From Podarcis liolepis (taxonomy: Eukaryota): DNA of 64,000 nucleotides. The number at the start of each line of letters is the position of its first letter. Within the stretch, counting starts at the first letter, position 1. The DNA is taken from NCBI GenBank assembly GCA_965112155.1, contig OZ218104.1. One strand, 5' to 3'. The translations under genes and the position numbers were made by a program. The notes below the pieces were generated by a model. It saw nothing but the letters and a program-made list of their open reading frames with translations. It had not been told where the DNA came from and searched no databases. Shown in pieces: positions 62,501-64,000 of the stretch.

Positions 62501-63695
62501 GGATAAGGGGGGGCGCGGAGCCATGGACTTAAGCAGTGGCTACACCAGAGTGGAGCCCCTGCTTTCTTGCAAGTGCACCGGGGTGGGGGGTGGGGCTTAG
62601 AATAGGGCCAGCAAACCTGGCTAAGAACAGAATGCCCAGGCACTGACTACAGCTGGAGTCACCAACATCATGCTTGTGGGCAACATAGATTCCTCAGGCA
62701 CACAGTCTCCATCCCTTGTCCATTTTTTAAAAATGAGATGGGAGCGAGTTGTTGTGGGGGGTGTTTCCTGTTTTGTTTTGTTTTTTGCCTGTTTTGGGTT
62801 GGTGTTGGTCTTTGGGATGTGGATTGGGGGCCGGGGGGGGGGATTCTTCTGTGAAATGAACATTTGTTGGTCCCACAACAGTTTCTTAAGTTTCCAAATG
62901 TGTCCTCAAAGCCAAAAAATATGGGCACCCCAAACCTGGAGCAAAAGCTCCTTACTATGCAGCAAAGGCAAGAAAGTCCATTTTAAACAGTGAGAGGAGA
63001 TGGGCCAGTATTCAGCCTCTTTTCAGGAATGTAGGAAGAGCTGTCACTCTGCTAACAAGAAGTACCATCTCACTTGCCTTTTCTGGCCGCTGATGGGAGG
63101 GAAGGGAACCTGTTCCCTTCCGACAATGCCAGAATAAACAAAAGGTGGCTCAAAACTTGGAGTTCCTTATTAGCCAAATAATGTGTGAATAAGCCCAAAT
63201 TTTGCCAGGGAAAATGGCAGGAAATTGGTCAAAGGCAGCTGGAAGCAGCACACAGCTTGACTAAATGCTTCCCTACATATGAAGATGTTACTAGGAGATA
63301 TTTCTTAACATTGCACTAAATCAGCATTAGAGCTTAATTATTCATAAAGCTTATTTTTGGAGATTGTGATAAATAATTTTGTAACTAATTTGAATCCATT
63401 TTTTAGATTTCCAAAGTCACCCATCACAGAATGTCTTCCTCCTCTGGAACAAATGTGAGGTTAGAACAGACAGCCTCTCTCTTCTAACAGAGGACAAGGG
63501 CTCATGTTCTCCTATGGGGTCAAAGAAACAGCAATACCACCTACCTTCCCAAGAGCAATGGAGCAGGCTGCCAGGCCAATAAGCCCCCCTTTTCGACTAT
63601 GTGGGTGCTGGGAAAGTGCAAACTCCTGAGAAAGAATCTGAATCACATGCTTGATCTGAGCTGTGCTGTTCTGAGCCACAAATTCACGCACCAGC
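5512..63695 (-). CDS. VAC14: VAC14 (PIKfyve complex scaffold, HEAT repeats), partial gene: spliced exons 2-18; exon 1 and terminal exon outside window
   Basis: 17 exons with splice signals and compatible phases join to 2088 nt with no stop; peptides match vertebrate VAC14 as recalled (e.g. [65 protein letters not shown]). Confidence 0.98.
6055..6270 (-). mobile_element. CR1-related 3' UTR fragment
   Basis: Similar to the reverse complement of 27240-27445 and to 56080-56230. Confidence 0.6.
6882..6961 (-). CDS. VAC14: VAC14 exon 17 (80 nt)
   Basis: ctcag|T GGT GAC ... TTT ACA T|gtaagc; [26 protein letters not shown](Y). Confidence 0.96.
7500..7585. mobile_element. Short hAT-type MITE
   Basis: Inverted termini AGCCTTCGCCAACCT / AGGTTGGCGAAGACT; 8-bp direct TSD gtctagtg (7492-7499) / ctctagtg (7586-7593). 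Confidence 0.75.
8232..8409. repeat. Long inverted repeat (74-bp arms, 30-nt loop) built on a palindromic hAT-like MITE (8253-8388)
   Basis: 8232-8305 is the reverse complement of 8336-8409 with 2 mismatches. Confidence 0.93.
8754..8872 (-). CDS. VAC14: VAC14 exon 16 (119 nt), followed by U12-type donor
   Basis: cccag|GAG AGC CGC ... CAG AAG TT|gtatcctt; [39 protein letters not shown](F). Confidence 0.96.
9298..9472 (-). CDS. VAC14: VAC14 exon 15 (175 nt)
   Basis: tgcag|G CAA CTC ... ACG TCG|gtatgt; [58 protein letters not shown]. Confidence 0.97.
16517..16648. mobile_element. Palindromic hAT-like MITE nested in a SINE fragment (about 16466-16690)
   Basis: GTTGTTGGACT...AGTCCAACAAC inverted core; imperfect 8-bp TSD gtctatac/gttgacac; flanks resemble SINE body at 23110-23200. 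Confidence 0.6.
19991..20160. mobile_element. Palindromic hAT-like MITE
   Basis: TCCCATCAGCCCCAG...CTGGGGCTGATGGGA core; related copies near 3600-3700, 7000-7050, 28762-28830, 32850-32920, 41134-41265, 54077-54140. Confidence 0.65.
23110..23305 (-). mobile_element. tRNA-derived SINE (Squam3-like)
   Basis: Minus strand starts GGGGCAGGGTTGTAGCTCAGTGG (A box) ... GATTCAATCCCC (B box). Confidence 0.7.
25741..25780 (+). repeat. (CCTC)n microsatellite
   Basis: Direct reading. Confidence 0.9.
25976..26396 (+). mobile_element. CR1 LINE 3' fragment with tail
   Basis: [10 protein letters not shown]...[11 protein letters not shown] motifs; ends ttccaactctactattctgattctatga (ATTCT-type CR1 tail). Confidence 0.85.
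27050..27450 (+). mobile_element. CR1 LINE 3' fragment (second subfamily)
   Basis: [10 protein letters not shown]...[11 protein letters not shown]...[13 protein letters not shown] motif followed by 3' UTR. Confidence 0.8.
27465..27690 (-). mobile_element. L2-like LINE 3' end
   Basis: [34 protein letters not shown] then (TAT)n-like tail; tail-to-tail with the adjacent CR1. Confidence 0.8.
27904..28036 (-). CDS. VAC14: VAC14 exon 14 (133 nt)
   Basis: tccag|GT ACC AAA ... ATC ATC AG|gtgagg; [43 protein letters not shown](R). Confidence 0.96.
28185..28350 (-). mobile_element. tRNA-derived SINE (Squam3-like)
   Basis: Minus strand GGGGAAGGGCCACGGTAGCTCAGTGGCAGAGCATCT; similar to 23110-23305. Confidence 0.65.
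29112..29205 (+). repeat. Compound (TTTC)n(TC)n(C)n polypyrimidine microsatellite
   Basis: Direct reading. Confidence 0.95.
36657..37250 (+). mobile_element. Internally deleted CR1 (RT N-terminal part joined to 3' end)
   Basis: [13 protein letters not shown]...[33 protein letters not shown], then 3' end similar to 27150-27445. Confidence 0.7.
39603..39759 (-). CDS. VAC14: VAC14 exon 13 (157 nt)
   Basis: tccag|GTT ATC CTC ... TCC TCT G|gtaagt; [52 protein letters not shown]. Confidence 0.95.
39860..39990 (-). mobile_element. CR1 ORF2 fragment
   Basis: [32 protein letters not shown] resembles CR1 LYKxLVRPHLEYCVQFWSP. Confidence 0.7.
40940..41133 (-). mobile_element. MIR-like tRNA-derived SINE
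   Basis: B box GGTTCAAATTC on minus strand; core TTTATCTTCACAACCACCCTG. Confidence 0.55.
41738..42032. mobile_element. Palindromic non-autonomous DNA element
   Basis: Termini CACACCACACATTTGAAGCAC / GTGCTTTAAATGTATGGTGTG; related shorter copy about 35785-35930. Confidence 0.6.
43648..43690 (+). repeat. (CTG)n trinucleotide repeat, interrupted
   Basis: Direct reading; intronic (intron 12). Confidence 0.9.
44486..44544 (+). repeat. (CT)n(CA)n compound microsatellite
   Basis: Direct reading. Confidence 0.95.
45090..45556. mobile_element. L2-like remnants: minus-strand ORF2/3' part (about 45090-45490) abutting a plus-strand 3' tail (about 45500-45556)
   Basis: [11 protein letters not shown] motif on minus strand; the plus-strand tail matches the reverse complement of 27465-27530. 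Confidence 0.55.
49656..49721 (-). CDS. VAC14: VAC14 exon 12 (66 nt)
   Basis: ttcag|ATG TTC CGG ... GAT GAG|gtgagc; [22 protein letters not shown]. Confidence 0.96.
49964..50241. mobile_element. Non-autonomous DNA element with inverted termini
   Basis: AGTTTGCACGTAACACTCAGC / GCTTAGCATTACATGCAAACT are approximate reverse complements. Confidence 0.5.
50515..51180. mobile_element. Tc1/mariner (Tigger-like) non-autonomous element
   Basis: TIRs CAGTGGTACCT...AGGTACCACTA flanked by TA (50513-50514, 51181-51182); same TIR as 1090-1314. Confidence 0.85.
51324..51468 (-). CDS. VAC14: VAC14 exon 11 (145 nt), followed by GC donor
   Basis: tttag|C ACT GAG AGA ... CGC AAG|gcaagt; [48 protein letters not shown]. 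Confidence 0.95.
52900..53196 (+). mobile_element. RTE-clade LINE 3' end
   Basis: EKHAKRKAH...[22 protein letters not shown] (decayed C2H2 finger) followed by (GAA)n tail. Confidence 0.75.
54953..55013 (-). CDS. VAC14: VAC14 exon 10 (61 nt), divergent linker
   Basis: ctgcag|GC TGC CTG GAT ... CCA GCC AG|gtaaaa; [19 protein letters not shown](S); phase 1-to-2 exon needed to keep frame between exons 9 and 11; resembles recalled human GPDGSCDSSFSSGISVFTAAS. Confidence 0.88.
55735..55893 (-). CDS. VAC14: VAC14 exon 9 (159 nt)
   Basis: tgcag|GC ATC AAA GAG ... TCC GGC G|gtaagt; [52 protein letters not shown]. Confidence 0.95.
56080..56320 (-). mobile_element. CR1 3' fragment inside U12 intron 8
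   Basis: Minus strand CTATGGAACTCACTCC...CCACCAACTTGGATGGCTTTAAAAGAAGA matches 27145-27230. Confidence 0.7.
56846..56874 (+). repeat. (GGA)n trinucleotide repeat about 28 nt into U12 intron 8
   Basis: Direct reading. Confidence 0.9.
56903..57037 (-). CDS. VAC14: VAC14 exon 8 (135 nt), followed by U12-type donor
   Basis: tgcag|AT GAC CTA ... AAG AAG A|gtatcctt; [44 protein letters not shown]. Confidence 0.96.
57293..57399 (-). CDS. VAC14: VAC14 exon 7 (107 nt)
   Basis: cacag|G TGT GAA ... GCT TCT G|gtaagt; [35 protein letters not shown]. Confidence 0.96.
57895..58004 (-). CDS. VAC14: VAC14 exon 6 (110 nt)
   Basis: attag|ATC TTG GTT ... CGT AAA AT|gtgagt; [36 protein letters not shown](M). 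Confidence 0.96.
58492..58835 (+). mobile_element. Sauria SINE
   Basis: GGGATGCGGGTGGTGCTGTGG start, GTGCAAGTAGATAAATAGGTACC core, GTCATGCTGGCCACATGACC, (ACCTT)n-type tail; matches the family as recalled. Confidence 0.85.
59608..59715 (-). CDS. VAC14: VAC14 exon 5 (108 nt)
   Basis: tctag|GAC ATT GTG ... TCC TGG|gtaagt; [36 protein letters not shown]. Confidence 0.97.
61728..61790 (-). CDS. VAC14: VAC14 exon 4 (63 nt)
   Basis: cctag|CTT GCT GCA ... CTG AAG|gtacag; [21 protein letters not shown]. Confidence 0.96.
62315..62482 (-). CDS. VAC14: VAC14 exon 3 (168 nt)
   Basis: tgcag|GAC TCT ... AGC AAG|gtaatg; [56 protein letters not shown] (inside ORF 61883..62524). Confidence 0.97.
63545..63695 (-). 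CDS. VAC14: VAC14 exon 2 (151 nt)
   Basis: tttag|G CTG GTG ... GGG AAG|gtag; [50 protein letters not shown]. Confidence 0.96.
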
Positions 63696-64000
63696 CTAAA
63701 AACAGGAGAACAAGAAGGCTGTATCCTGTCTCACCAGGTCCATGTCTGGCTCCAGTTTAACATGAGAAATATATTTCTTTTAATTTAGCTGGCCATTAGC
63801 AACCCTGTATGCCCACAAATGAATCATCTATGAACAAATGAAATGGAGCCAGAAAACTGGTCCACCTTGCCCAGTTTTGCCCACTCAAGCTGACAAGTAG
63901 TTTTGCAAGGTGCGTGCAGGGAGAAAAGCTTGGTCTTCTCTGTGGCTGGATAAGGCCCCTCCACCATACGAACAGCAGCCTGCCTCTGTGTCACCTATTT

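Noticed and set aside
232-62993. Several hundred 60-217 aa ORFs in the ORF track
   Set aside because: They are intronic, overlap in all frames and have no recognisable domains. Only those overlapping VAC14 exons or LINE remnants carry signal.
1-64000. CRISPR array, operon or other novel multi-gene system; antisense lncRNA like human VAC14-AS1
   Set aside because: This is a eukaryotic intron-rich locus. The repeated motifs are dispersed MITEs, not regularly spaced direct repeats, and an antisense transcript cannot be supported from sequence alone.

Overview
Vertebrate genomic DNA from a squamate reptile, most likely a lacertid lizard judging by the Sauria SINE, CR1, L2, RTE and MITE content. 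The whole window lies inside one minus-strand gene, VAC14 (HEAT-repeat scaffold of the PIKfyve-FIG4-VAC14 PI(3,5)P2 complex). I located 17 consecutive coding exons at base resolution (exons 2-18, numbered by my recollection of human VAC14). They total 2088 nt = 696 codons and splice into one uninterrupted frame. Exon 1 lies beyond 64000 and I did not find the terminal exon in 1-5511. The splicing architecture is mixed: introns 8 and 16 are U12-type (GTATCCTT donors plus TCCTTA(A)C branch points) and intron 11 is GC-AG. Introns carry decayed L1, CR1, L2 and RTE fragments, tRNA-derived and Sauria SINEs, Tc1/mariner- and hAT-type MITEs, and microsatellites. The most unusual local structure is a palindrome with 74-bp arms inside U12 intron 16. 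Its symmetry extends 21 bp beyond the MITE termini into the flanks, and it can pair fully in the pre-mRNA. Almost all ORF-track entries are spurious intronic frames. I found no evidence for a novel multi-gene system. Repeat family names and human comparisons are from memory, not from a search.
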